Shown one piece after another: positions 19,855 to 29,404 of a stretch of 64,000 bases of DNA. The stretch's first letter is position 1, and each line of letters starts with the position of its first letter. This DNA comes from an uncultured Desulfobacterales bacterium (GTDB taxonomy: Bacteria > Desulfobacterota > Desulfobacteria > Desulfobacterales > SpSt-501). Where the stretch lies: assembly GCA_938048455.1 (NCBI GenBank), contig CALIUY010000022.1, positions 41,815-105,814 of the forward strand, written 5' to 3'. A program made the translations under genes and the position numbers. Under the pieces are notes generated by a model. It saw only the letters and a list, made by a program, of their open reading frames with translations. It searched no databases and was not told the origin of the DNA.

Positions 19855-20652
19855 ATGGGACTCATCGGCCTGATCACGGATTTCGGCGATTGCGACGAGT
19901 ATGCCGGCGTGATGAAGGCGGTCATCCTCGGGCTCGATCCCCGGGCGGTGATCGTCGACGTCACCCATGCGATCGAACCGCAGGACATCCGTCAGGCGGC
20001 CTTCGTTCTGCGCAGCGCCTACCGGTTTTTCCCGCCCGGCAGCCTGCTTGTGGTCGTGGTCGACCCGGGGGTCGGAACCGATCGTGCGATCCTCTGCGTC
20101 GAGTCCGACGGTCGGCGGTTCCTGGCGCCCGACAACGGCGTTCTTTCCTTCGTGATCGAGCCGTCGTTGTCCCCCCGCTGCCGGGTCATCGATCCGGCCG
20201 CCGTAGCCCGGGGCCCCGTATCGGCCACCTTCCACGGACGCGACCTCTTCGCCCCGGCCGCCGGAAGACTCTCCCGCGGGGAGGCCCCTTTCGCGCTGGG
20301 GCCGGAGATCCCCGCGCAGCGGCTTCGACACCTGGAGGGCCTCCAGGCCGAAAGGACGCCGGATGGCGGACTTCTCGGGCGGATCGTCCATGTGGATCGC
20401 TTCGGAAACCTGATCACGAACATCGAAGGCGATGCCCTCGAGGGCGCCCGAGGCGGGATGCGGATCTACGCCGGGGGGATTCGCATCGAAGGGCTATGCC
20501 GAACCTACGCCGACGCGGCCCCGGGGAGCCTGCTGGCTCTGGTCGGCAGCCGGGGCATGCTCGAAATCGCCGTCTGCGGCGATCATGCCGCCGCGCGCAC
20601 AGGGATCGGCAGAGGAGAGCCGGTCCGGGTGGAGTTTCTCGATGGAAAATGA
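19855..20652 (+). CDS. SAM hydroxide adenosyltransferase / chlorinase-fluorinase (DUF62) family
   Basis: TDFG, VVDPGVGTDR, APDNG, SATFHGRDLFAP, DRFGNLITN. Confidence 0.9.
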   Translation: MGLIGLITDFGDCDEYAGVMKAVILGLDPRAVIVDVTHAIEPQDIRQAAFVLRSAYRFFPPGSLLVVVVDPGVGTDRAILCVESDGRRFLAPDNGVLSFVIEPSLSPRCRVIDPAAVARGPVSATFHGRDLFAPAAGRLSRGEAPFALGPEIPAQRLRHLEGLQAERTPDGGLLGRIVHVDRFGNLITNIEGDALEGARGGMRIYAGGIRIEGLCRTYADAAPGSLLALVGSRGMLEIAVCGDHAAARTGIGRGEPVRVEFLDGK

Positions 20653-21484
20653 ATGTCCGGATCCCCGCGGTTCGTCCAGGATGGGGGAGGGCTGCCTTTC
20701 GCGGGATCGCTGGACCGTGCTCCTCGTCGGAAGTCACGGCCGGGTGATCACCCTGCGGCGCTTGCGGATGCTGCTGGGAATCGCCGCCGCGCTTTTGACG
20801 CTGAGTCTTCTTTCCGCCGCCGTTTTCGGACTAGGCGCCTTTCGGGTGGAGATGCAGCGACGGGAACTCCTGCAGACGCTCGCGGCGGCGCGGGATCAGA
20901 TGGCGACGCTGAGCCGCGACCGGGAGCGCCTGGCGGCGGAACTCGTGCTGGCCGAGGCGCGGCTGCGCGAGATCGCCGCCTCTTCCAGCCCGAGCGTCGC
21001 CGAGGGGGCCGCCGCGGGAGCGCAGACGGCACAGGCGGAAAGCCCGCCGCCGGAGGCGTCCCTGAATGCCGGTACGGCGGTTCCGCTCGCGGCGGAGCCG
21101 CCTCCGCCCATCCGGCCGCCCCTGAGCGTTCAGGTGGAATCCTTCGCCGCCCGTTTCGATGCCGCGGCATCGGCTCTGGAAATCCGCTACCGGCTTGCCG
21201 TCTCCGGCTCCACGCGCCGGCCCGTGGAAGGCCACGTCATCGTCGTATTCAAGGGCGAAGACCCCGATCCGGGAACCTGGATCAGCATGCCCTCCGTCCC
21301 GCTCCCCCGCGGACGGCCGAGCGGAGCCGATAAGGGCTATCGCTTCGCCATCGGGCACGCCAAGGAGTTCACCCAGCGGCTGCGTCTGCCCTTCCCGCCG
21401 GAGGGGATCGCCCAAGCGCTCGTCTATGTTTTCGCCTCCGACGGGCAACTGCTGACCGCCCGGCGGTACGAAGTGCGACTTTGA
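20642..21484 (+). CDS. Hypothetical bitopic membrane protein (TM, coiled coil, beta-rich C-domain)
   Basis: Fills the gap in the operon. Hydrophobic segment followed by a heptad region. Start uncertain. Confidence 0.6.
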   Translation: MENECPDPRGSSRMGEGCLSRDRWTVLLVGSHGRVITLRRLRMLLGIAAALLTLSLLSAAVFGLGAFRVEMQRRELLQTLAAARDQMATLSRDRERLAAELVLAEARLREIAASSSPSVAEGAAAGAQTAQAESPPPEASLNAGTAVPLAAEPPPPIRPPLSVQVESFAARFDAAASALEIRYRLAVSGSTRRPVEGHVIVVFKGEDPDPGTWISMPSVPLPRGRPSGADKGYRFAIGHAKEFTQRLRLPFPPEGIAQALVYVFASDGQLLTARRYEVRL

Positions 21485-21550
21485 TTTTTTTGTTGACAAT
21501 TCCCCAAGTTTCCAATAGTTGTATCCAATTCGATTTCAGGAGCGGAAACC

Positions 21551-21985
21551 GTGAAGAAGACTACACGCAGCGCCAAAGCCGGAGAGGTTCCCGGCAAGTG
21601 GTATGTCGTCGACGCCAGCGGCGCCGTCCTGGGCCGGCTGGCGAGCCGGGTGGCAGCCCGTCTGCGGGGGAAACACCAGGTGCTTTTCACCCCGCACGTG
21701 GATACCGGGGATTTCGTCATTGTGGTCAACGCCGGGAAGATCCGCCTGACCGGAAAGAAATGGACCCAGAAACTCTACCATCGGCATACGGGATACATCG
21801 GCGGGCTGAAAACCACGAGCGCACGGGAGCTTCTGCAGAAACGCCCCGAGGAGCTCATCCGGCGGGCGGTGAAGGGAATGCTTCCCAAGAACCGGCTCGG
21901 GAGCCGGCTCTACGGCAAGCTCAAGGTTTACGCCGGCCCCGATCATCCGCACCAGGCCCAACAGCCGGAGCCCTGGACGATCTGA
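21551..21985 (+). CDS. rplM: 50S ribosomal protein L13
   Basis: WYVVDA...[35 protein letters not shown]. Confidence 0.98.
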   Translation: MKKTTRSAKAGEVPGKWYVVDASGAVLGRLASRVAARLRGKHQVLFTPHVDTGDFVIVVNAGKIRLTGKKWTQKLYHRHTGYIGGLKTTSARELLQKRPEELIRRAVKGMLPKNRLGSRLYGKLKVYAGPDHPHQAQQPEPWTI

Positions 21986-22007
21986 ATTTCACTCCCCCGA
22001 GGAAGGC

Positions 22008-22406
22008 ATGGAAAAGCAGAATTCTTTTTACTACGCGACGGGCAAACGCAAATCGGCGATCGCCCGCACCTGGCTCAAGCCCGGTTCGGGCCAGGTGCGC
22101 GTCAATGACCGGCCCTTCGAGGAGTACTTCCCGCTGGAGTCGACACGACTCGAGCTGCTGCAACCGCTCAAGCTGACCAACACGCTCGGCGCGTGGGACG
22201 TGCGCGCTCTGGTCCAGGGAGGAGGGCCGAGCGGCCAGGCGGCCGCCGTCCGCCATGGCATCACCCGGGCGCTCATCCTGGCCAACCCCGACTTCCGTGC
22301 CGCCCTCAAGAAGGCAGGTTTCGTCAAACGCGACCCGCGGGTCAAGGAGCGCAAGAAATACGGGCAACGCTCCGCGCGGGCCCGCTTCCAGTTCTCCAAG
22401 CGGTAA
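22008..22406 (+). CDS. rpsI: 30S ribosomal protein S9
   Basis: ATGKRKSAIAR, GGGPSGQA, RDPRVKERKKYG...QFSKR. Confidence 0.98.
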   Translation: MEKQNSFYYATGKRKSAIARTWLKPGSGQVRVNDRPFEEYFPLESTRLELLQPLKLTNTLGAWDVRALVQGGGPSGQAAAVRHGITRALILANPDFRAALKKAGFVKRDPRVKERKKYGQRSARARFQFSKR

Positions 22407-22439
22407 AGACGCCGCGGCGGATGGCGACGGCCGCGGAAG

Positions 22440-22470
22440 GCGGGCGGGCTCATTGTCCGCCCGCTTTTTT
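22440..22470 (+). terminator. Intrinsic terminator of rplM-rpsI
   Basis: GCGGGCGGGC-TCATT-GTCCGCCCGC followed by T6. Confidence 0.85.
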
Positions 22471-22562
22471 CAGGCTCAATAGACCCCCCCGGCCGCTGGA
22501 AAAGTTCCGAGACCCGGATATCCCGGAAAGCGCAGTTCTTCGCGGGAAGGAGGGCCCATCCG

Positions 22563-23345
22563 ATGTCCGCCGGAAGAATCGATCTCAATGCCGATGTCGG
22601 CGAAAGTTTCGGCGCCTATACCCTCGGCATGGATGCCGAGCTGATCCCGCTGATCAGCTCGGCCAACATCGCCTGCGGCTTTCATGCCGGGGATCCCTCC
22701 GTCATGCGGACGACCGTGGAGCGCGCCCGCCGCGCCGGAACGGCGGCCGGCGCTCATCCGGGACTGCCGGATCTCGTCGGTTTCGGCCGCCGGGCCATGG
22801 AGATCGGTCTGCAGGAGATCCGCGACATCACCGCCTACCAGATCGGGGCGCTCCAGGCCGTCTGCGCTCTCCAGAAGGTGCGGCTGCAGCATGTGAAACC
22901 CCACGGCGCGCTCTACAACATGGCCGTCCGCAAACCCGAAATCTGGGATGCGATCGCCGAGGTGACGGCCGGAATCGACGAGCGCCTGATTCTCTTTGCG
23001 CTTGCGGGACCGGATCGCGCGACGATCGAGGAGATCGGGCGAAGACGGGGCATCCGCATCGCCTTCGAATTTTTCGCCGACCGGGCCTACGAAAAAGACG
23101 GATCGCTCGTTGCCCGCAGCCGCCCCGGGGCGGTGATCCACGATCCCGGGGCCGTCGCCGCCAAGGTGCTGCGTTTCGTCCGCGAGGGCCGGGTGGCGAC
23201 GATCGACGGGGGGGAAATCGAACTGCGGGCGGAGACGATCTGCGTACACGGGGACAACCCCGAGGCTCTGGCCCTGGTGAAAACCATCCGCGAAAGCCTG
23301 CTTCAGGCCGGAATCGAGATCCGGCGTCCTTCGGAATTTTTGTGA
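22563..23345 (+). CDS. pxpA: 5-oxoprolinase subunit A (LamB/YcsF)
   Basis: IDLNADVGES, ANIACGFHAGDP, HVKPHGALYN, TICVHGD. Confidence 0.95.
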   Translation: MSAGRIDLNADVGESFGAYTLGMDAELIPLISSANIACGFHAGDPSVMRTTVERARRAGTAAGAHPGLPDLVGFGRRAMEIGLQEIRDITAYQIGALQAVCALQKVRLQHVKPHGALYNMAVRKPEIWDAIAEVTAGIDERLILFALAGPDRATIEEIGRRRGIRIAFEFFADRAYEKDGSLVARSRPGAVIHDPGAVAAKVLRFVREGRVATIDGGEIELRAETICVHGDNPEALALVKTIRESLLQAGIEIRRPSEFL

Positions 23346-23394
23346 GGCGCAACGGGGCGGGGCACTATCGCTTTTCGGCACAGGGGAGGCGATC

Positions 23395-24072
23395 ATGAAC
23401 GAAGCTGCGGATGGGCTCCGCTTTCGCTTCATGGGCGAGCGCAGCGTGCTCGTCGAGCTGGGCGACCGGATCGCGCCGGAGACCCACCGCCGGGTCCACC
23501 GCCTGATGCGGCTCTTGGAGCAGGAGAACTGGCCCGGAATCCGCGAGCTCTCCCCCGGGTACCGCTCGCTTCTCGTCGTCTTCGATCCGCTCGAACTGGA
23601 TCCGGCCGAGCTGACCCGGCGGATTCAAAAGCGGGCGAGCCGCCCCGCCGCGGGAGAGATTCCCCCCGCCCGCCGGATCGTCATTCCGGTCTTCTACGGC
23701 GGGGAACACGGCCCGGATCTCCCCGAGGTCGCCCACCGGCTCGGGATGACGCAAGAGGCGGTGATCCAACGGCACACATCGCTTGTCTACCGCGTCTACA
23801 TGATCGGCTTCACACCGGGCTTTCCCTACCTGGGAGAGCTCCCCGAGGAGCTTTCCCTGCCGCGGCGCAGCACGCCGCGCACCCGGGTGCCGAAAGGGTC
23901 GGTCGCCATCGCGCAGCGGCAGACCGGCATTTACCCTGTGGAGAGCCCGGGCGGATGGCACCTGATCGGCTGGACCCCGGTCGAGCTGTTTCACCCCGGC
24001 CGTCGGCCGGCCTGCCTGCTTGAAACGGGCGACGAGGTCCGTTTCGCGGCCGTCGAGGCGGTGGAGGATTAA
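23395..24072 (+). CDS. pxpB: 5-oxoprolinase subunit B
   Basis: YGGEHGPDL, GFTPGFPYLG, QTGIYPVESPGGWHLIG. Confidence 0.93.
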   Translation: MNEAADGLRFRFMGERSVLVELGDRIAPETHRRVHRLMRLLEQENWPGIRELSPGYRSLLVVFDPLELDPAELTRRIQKRASRPAAGEIPPARRIVIPVFYGGEHGPDLPEVAHRLGMTQEAVIQRHTSLVYRVYMIGFTPGFPYLGELPEELSLPRRSTPRTRVPKGSVAIAQRQTGIYPVESPGGWHLIGWTPVELFHPGRRPACLLETGDEVRFAAVEAVED

Positions 24073-24075
24073 GCC

Positions 24076-25035
24076 ATGGCGGGTGCGCCCATCCTTGAAG
24101 TGCTGAGCCCCGGCATCCTGACGACGGTCCAGGATCTCGGGCGGGGGGGATACGCCCGTTGGGGGGTGGCGCCGAGCGGCGCGGTGGATGCGCTCGCCGC
24201 GCGTGCGGCGAACCTTCTCGTCGGCAACCCCGAAGGCAGTGCGGTGCTCGAGACGACCCTTTTGGGGCTTCGGCTGCGGCTGCTCCGGGACACGCGGCTG
24301 GCCGTCTGCGGGGCGGATCTTCAGGCGAATCTCGACGGGCAGGCCCTCCCGCTGTGGAGGTCCGTCTCCGTGCGGTCCGGTCGGATCCTGACTTTCGCCG
24401 GGCCGCGCTGGGGTCTGCGGGCCTACATCGCCGTGGCCGGAGGAATCGATGTGCCCGCCGTGCTCGGCAGTCGGAGCACCAATCTCGCCTCCGGGTTCGG
24501 CGGCTTCCAGGGCCGCCCCCTGCGCCGCGGCGACGTGCTCGCCGCCGGCGAGCCGCCGCCGACGGAGATCGAGCGCGAGTTTGACTCCGCGGCCGCGGGC
24601 TACGACGGACCTCCCTGGCGCTTGCGCATCCTCTGGGGTCCCCAAGATGAATTCCTCGCCGAGGAGGGGCGGGAGCGGTTTCTCACCACGGCCTTCACCG
24701 TGTCCCCGGATTCCGACCGCACCGGCATTCGCCTGGAGGGAACGGCCGTCCCCGTGCAGCCCGGAACCCCGGATTCCATCATTTCCGAAGGGATCCTCTC
24801 CGGTGCGATCCAGCTCCCTGCGGACGGCCGGCCCATCATCGTCCTCGCGGAGACGGCCTCGGGCGGCTACCGCAAGCCGGCGACGGTGATCGCCGCCGAC
24901 CTACACCGGCTGGGGCAGATCATGCCCGGAGACGAGGTGCGCTTCGCCGCGGTCACTCTGGAAGAGGCCGTCGCGCTTCTCCGGCGGCGCGAGGAGGCGT
25001 TCCGCGCCGCCTTTCGCCCACCGCTTTGCGGCTGA
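24076..25035 (+). CDS. pxpC: 5-oxoprolinase subunit C
   Basis: TTVQDLGRGG, ANLLVGN, LGSRST, SDRTGIRL, GGY. Confidence 0.92.
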   Translation: MAGAPILEVLSPGILTTVQDLGRGGYARWGVAPSGAVDALAARAANLLVGNPEGSAVLETTLLGLRLRLLRDTRLAVCGADLQANLDGQALPLWRSVSVRSGRILTFAGPRWGLRAYIAVAGGIDVPAVLGSRSTNLASGFGGFQGRPLRRGDVLAAGEPPPTEIEREFDSAAAGYDGPPWRLRILWGPQDEFLAEEGRERFLTTAFTVSPDSDRTGIRLEGTAVPVQPGTPDSIISEGILSGAIQLPADGRPIIVLAETASGGYRKPATVIAADLHRLGQIMPGDEVRFAAVTLEEAVALLRRREEAFRAAFRPPLCG

Positions 25036-25050
25036 ACCGGCTCCTTCCCT

Positions 25051-26355
25051 TCACTTCCCTTTCATCAAGCCCGGCAGGTAGAGGACGATCTGCGGCCAGG
25101 CCGTGATCATCACCACGACGAGACACATGATCAAAAAGAAAGGAAAGGCGGCCCTGGCGATGCGCAAAATGTCGTCGTTGTTCAGTCCGCTGATGACGAA
25201 GAGATTGAAGCCGACCGGCGGGGTGATCTGGGCGAGCTCGATCATCAGCACGAGATAGATGCCGAACCACACCGGATCGAACCCGGCCGCCTGGACCATC
25301 GGCAGAACGATGGGGGTCGTCATCACGATCATCGAGAAGCCGTCGATCAGACATCCCAGGCCGACGTAAAGAAGCGAGAGGATCGCGATCAGCATATAGG
25401 GGGAAAGCCCCATCTCGGTCACGGCGGTGGTGAGCTTGCGCGTGATGCCGAGATAGCCCACGACGACGGAGAGGTAAGCCGCCCCCATGACGATCAGCAT
25501 GATCATGCTGGTCGTCTTGACCCCGCCGAAGAGGCTCTCCCGCAAGGCCTGCCGGCTGAAGCCTCCGGTGGCGAGCGCAAAGACGATTGCGCCCGCCACT
25601 CCCACGGCGCCCGCCTCCGTCGGAGTCGCCCAGCCCGCGTAGATGCTGCCGAGCACGACGAAGATCAGGATCACCACGGGCAGGATCTGCGGCACCGCCC
25701 GGAGCCGCTCGGCCCAGCTGTAGCGGTCTTCGCCGCGGGGCGCGAGGCTCGGCCGGAAGAGGCAGAGCAGCAAGACATAACCGCTGAAAAGGCCGGCGAT
25801 CAGAAATCCCGGAAGGAAGCCGGCGATGAAGAGCTTGCCGATGCTCACATCCCCGATGATCCCGTAGACGAGCATCATCATGCTGGGCGGGATCATGAAC
25901 CCTAAGGTTCCCGCCCCGGCAAGCGACCCCGTGGCGAGCATGCGGTTGTAGCCGCGTTTCTCGAGTTCCGGGACCGTGATCTTCCCGACCGTGGCCGTGG
26001 TGGCGGCCGAAGATCCGCTCACGGCGGCGAAAAAGGTGCAGGCGAGGATGTTTACGTGCACCAGGCGCCCCGGGATCCCGTCCATCCAGGGGGCGAGCCC
26101 GGTGAAGAGATTCGAGGAGATGCGGCTGCGGAAGAGGACCTCGCCCATCCACACGAAGAAGGGCAGCGCCATCATCGCCGAGCCGCTCGTGTTGTTCCAG
26201 GAGATGTTGGCGAGAATGCTGCCGAAGGGTAGATCGGTGAAAAAGACAAACCCTCCCACACCGGCCAAAAACAGGGCGATGCCGATCCAGATCGAGCCTC
26301 CCAGGAAAACCACGAGAAGACCGGCCAAGCTGAGCGAGACGACGGTGAAATCCAT
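25051..26355 (-). CDS. dctM: TRAP transporter large permease DctM
   Basis: ALPFFVWMG, SGSSAAT, GTLGFMIPPS, TPTEAGA, TPPVGFNLFV. Confidence 0.93.
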   Translation of the reverse strand: MDFTVVSLSLAGLLVVFLGGSIWIGIALFLAGVGGFVFFTDLPFGSILANISWNNTSGSAMMALPFFVWMGEVLFRSRISSNLFTGLAPWMDGIPGRLVHVNILACTFFAAVSGSSAATTATVGKITVPELEKRGYNRMLATGSLAGAGTLGFMIPPSMMMLVYGIIGDVSIGKLFIAGFLPGFLIAGLFSGYVLLLCLFRPSLAPRGEDRYSWAERLRAVPQILPVVILIFVVLGSIYAGWATPTEAGAVGVAGAIVFALATGGFSRQALRESLFGGVKTTSMIMLIVMGAAYLSVVVGYLGITRKLTTAVTEMGLSPYMLIAILSLLYVGLGCLIDGFSMIVMTTPIVLPMVQAAGFDPVWFGIYLVLMIELAQITPPVGFNLFVISGLNNDDILRIARAAFPFFLIMCLVVVMITAWPQIVLYLPGLMKGK

Positions 26356-26394
26356 GATGTTTCCCCTTCCGCCGGGGACGGCGCCCCATTTCCG

Positions 26395-26928
26395 CTACCG
26401 GCCGAGGTCTTGATCCTCGACGGCCGACTCGGCTTCCGCGGCACCGCGCAGGGCGAGAAGATCCTGAAGGATCTCGCCCCAAAACTGAAAGGTGAGCAGA
26501 AGCGCACCCAGGGGCATGAAAAACTGGGGAATCGCGAGATAGGTCTCCGAGACCTGCATCGACTGGCTGCCGCTCCTCACCGAGTCCCAGAAAAAAGCGA
26601 AACAGTAAGCGGTGAAGCCGATGCCGAAAAGAAAGCCGACCGCATGGCAGACGAGGTTCAATCGCAGGCGGCCCGCTCTGGAGAGAGCCCGCAGCAGGAA
26701 AACCATGCGGATATGTCCCTTTTCCCGCAAGGTGTAAGCGAGCGAGCAGAAGGTGAGCACGCACATGAGGTAGCCGGAATACTCCTCGGTCACATACAAC
26801 GTGCGATGGAACAGGCTGCGGCCGAAGATTTCCGCGAGCACAAGCAGCAGGGCCGAGACCATGGCGCAAACGGCGATCCACCCGCCCAGGGCGGAGAGCC
26901 GTTGCGCCAGGCGTATCATCGCCGTCAT
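26395..26928 (-). CDS. dctQ: TRAP transporter small permease DctQ
   Basis: 4 TM, EEYSGY, GHIR. Between dctP and dctM. Confidence 0.88.
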   Translation of the reverse strand: MTAMIRLAQRLSALGGWIAVCAMVSALLLVLAEIFGRSLFHRTLYVTEEYSGYLMCVLTFCSLAYTLREKGHIRMVFLLRALSRAGRLRLNLVCHAVGFLFGIGFTAYCFAFFWDSVRSGSQSMQVSETYLAIPQFFMPLGALLLTFQFWGEILQDLLALRGAAEAESAVEDQDLGR

Positions 26929-26952
26929 GACGGCGTTTCCTCCTCGAGAGGC

Positions 26953-27032
26953 CCCGGGGGGAGACGGCGGATCCGTCTCCCCCCGGGATCCGGGATGCCC
27001 GCCGAATCCGGGTTCGCGTATTCCCGGATTCG
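26953..27032 (-). other. Two perfect hairpins in the dctP-dctQ spacer
   Basis: 15-bp stem 26953-26987 and 10-bp stem 27003-27032. Confidence 0.8.
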
Positions 27033-27042
27033 CAGCCGGCGG

Positions 27043-28038
27043 TCAGCGTCCGACCTTCTTGCGGTACTCGTCGTAGAGCTTTTTCGCTTCAGGCGGGGCG
27101 GCGTTATACCATTCCGCGCGGATGTTCTCCGTGACTTTGGTCAGCTCGGCCATGAACTCCTTGGAGGGGGAAACGGTCTGAATGCCGTTTTTGTTGCAGA
27201 GATCCACCATCTCTTGGTCGAGTTTGGCGACCATGTCCCACATCCGCTTTTCCATTTCTTTGCCGGCCTTCACCAACTCGTCCTGAACGTTCTTGGGCAG
27301 TTTCTTGAAGCTGTTCAGGTTCACGTTCACCATGTTGGTGGCGATGGTGATGTTGATCGGCTGGAAAAAGGAAAGGACTTCCCAGAACTTGGCGTCGACC
27401 GCCGTAGGCGAGGAGGTGAGCACGGAGTCGATGACTCCGGTCTGGAGCGAGGAGTACACCTCGCTGAAGGGCAGGGCGAAGGGGGTTGCGCCCGCTGCTT
27501 CCATGACCAAAGCCCCGTTTTTGTCGTAGGTGCGCGTCTTCAACCCTTTCATGTCGGCCAGCGAAGTGACCTTTTTCTTGGTCCAGATTCCGGCCCCGGG
27601 CCAGGGGGCGATGTAGAGGATCTTCTGCCCCCACTTTTCGGCGGTTTTTTCGAAAGTGGGATAGCAGACATCGATCAGCGTGCGCAGCTCGTTGAAATCC
27701 AGGGTGAGGAAAGGAAGGGTCACGATCTGAAACACCTTTTCGTCCCCGGCCACCCCGCTGATCAGCATGTCGGAAAGCGGCAGCAAACCGTCGCGCACGG
27801 CCTTGAGGAGCTCGGGGCCCTTGTAGCCCAAAGCACCGCCGGTTTCGACCACGATTTCGAGCTCCCCTTGGGTATTCTTTTTCACCGCCTCGGCAAACTC
27901 CACCAGCCCGACGCTGTGATGGTTCTTGGGCGGCCAGACGGAGTTGGCTTTCCAGGTCGTCTTGGCGAAGACGGGGGCCGCGGCGAGGACCGATGCCCAA
28001 AGGATCGAAAGCGAGAGCATCCACCAGGTTCTTTTCAT
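27043..28038 (-). CDS. dctP: TRAP substrate-binding protein DctP
   Basis: Signal peptide, DMKGLKTR, FSEVYSSLQTGVID. Confidence 0.93.
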   Translation of the reverse strand: MKRTWWMLSLSILWASVLAAAPVFAKTTWKANSVWPPKNHHSVGLVEFAEAVKKNTQGELEIVVETGGALGYKGPELLKAVRDGLLPLSDMLISGVAGDEKVFQIVTLPFLTLDFNELRTLIDVCYPTFEKTAEKWGQKILYIAPWPGAGIWTKKKVTSLADMKGLKTRTYDKNGALVMEAAGATPFALPFSEVYSSLQTGVIDSVLTSSPTAVDAKFWEVLSFFQPINITIATNMVNVNLNSFKKLPKNVQDELVKAGKEMEKRMWDMVAKLDQEMVDLCNKNGIQTVSPSKEFMAELTKVTENIRAEWYNAAPPEAKKLYDEYRKKVGR

Positions 28039-28182
28039 TGCGGTTCCTCCTCGGTTGATCGGTTGATGGGGTGACGGAAATAAGGCGCTTTCATCGGGAC
28101 GGATTCTCTTCGGTCCGAAGAGTTTTTAGGGTTATCGAAACCCCTGAAGACTGTCAAGGGCGGCCGCCGCGGCGATCGACGC

Positions 28183-29382
28183 TCAGACGACCGTGATCTC
28201 ATCCGGATAGCGGCCGAACGGCTCCAGTCCCGTCGCCGTCACGCGGTGGGTGTTCTCGATCCCGACCACGCCGACGCCGGGAAAGATGAGCTTGGGCTCG
28301 AGGGCGACGACCATGTCTTCGGCGAGAGCCAGGCTTTGCCCGGCGTTCAGGAAGGGGAATTCGTCCAGTTCGAGCCCCACGCCGTGTCCGACGAAGCGGA
28401 TGCGCTCCGGCCCGAAGCCCATGAAATGCTCCCCGTAGCCCGCCGCTTCCGCCTGCTGCAGGGCGAAAGCGTACACCTCGCCCGAGGCGACGCCGGGGCG
28501 CGCGAATTCGCGGAGGCGGTGCTGCAGGTCGATCATCGCCCGGTGGGCGCGCTCAAGCTCCGGGGCGAGGGGACCCAAAGAAAAGATCCGTGCCTGGTCC
28601 GAGATGTATCCCGAACGGACAAAGACGTAATCGACGAGGATCGGCTCATTTCGCCCGATGCGGCGAAAACCGGCGCTCTGGGCGACGGCGGGGTCGACTC
28701 CGCTGCCGCCGGTCGGCGAGGAGAGGTAGCTCGGCACCGCACCGGAAGGGCCCGCGAGGAGATGCCCGTAGAAGAGCTCGCTGCCCCACAGGCGCATGCG
28801 CACGATCCCCGGATGTCCCAGGCGGCGGGCCTCGGCTTCCACTCGGCCGGCGAGCTCGACCTCGGTCATCCCCTCGCGCAGAAGCCCGGGCACACAGGCC
28901 GCAACCCGGTCGCAGAGGGCGGCCGCCTCACGGATCCGCTCCATCTCCCAGGGGGACTTCACCGCCCGCAGCAGCCGGATGTCGATCGATACGTCCAGGA
29001 TCTCGGCCTCCGGAAAGAGCCCGCGGTAGGAAAAGTAGAGGTTGGCGGGCAGAACATCCAGCTCGAGGCCGATGCGACGCGGCGCGGGAAGCCCGGCCTC
29101 CGCGATCCGCCGGGGAAGATCGCGCGTGCTCCCCAGGGGGAAGACCGCCTCGAGGGGGGTTTCCGCGCGGGCCCGCTCGAAGGACTTGTTGACGAGCAGC
29201 ATCGCCCGGCCCTCGGCCGGCACCACCAGGACCGCCTGTTGGATCGTGCCGCTGAAATAGAAAAGATCGGGTTTCTGAATCACCAGCGCGATGTCGATTT
29301 CCCGGCGGCAGAGCGCCTGCTGCAGGGCGACGAGGCGGCGGTCGATCTCTTCCCGCGGGGTGCGGCGGTCGGCGGTCTCCAT
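28183..29382 (-). CDS. M24 Xaa-Pro aminopeptidase family protein
   Basis: Creatinase-like N-domain, RAVKSPWE, GYISDQAR, GHGVGLELDE, ALEPK, GIEN. Confidence 0.88.
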   Translation of the reverse strand: METADRRTPREEIDRRLVALQQALCRREIDIALVIQKPDLFYFSGTIQQAVLVVPAEGRAMLLVNKSFERARAETPLEAVFPLGSTRDLPRRIAEAGLPAPRRIGLELDVLPANLYFSYRGLFPEAEILDVSIDIRLLRAVKSPWEMERIREAAALCDRVAACVPGLLREGMTEVELAGRVEAEARRLGHPGIVRMRLWGSELFYGHLLAGPSGAVPSYLSSPTGGSGVDPAVAQSAGFRRIGRNEPILVDYVFVRSGYISDQARIFSLGPLAPELERAHRAMIDLQHRLREFARPGVASGEVYAFALQQAEAAGYGEHFMGFGPERIRFVGHGVGLELDEFPFLNAGQSLALAEDMVVALEPKLIFPGVGVVGIENTHRVTATGLEPFGRYPDEITVV

Positions 29383-29404
29383 GGACGATTCTCCTTGAAC
29401 GGTC

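Noticed and set aside
19855-20652. Fluorinase or chlorinase implying halometabolite synthesis
   Set aside because: Motifs fit the widespread DUF62 SAM hydrolase branch and the context is housekeeping
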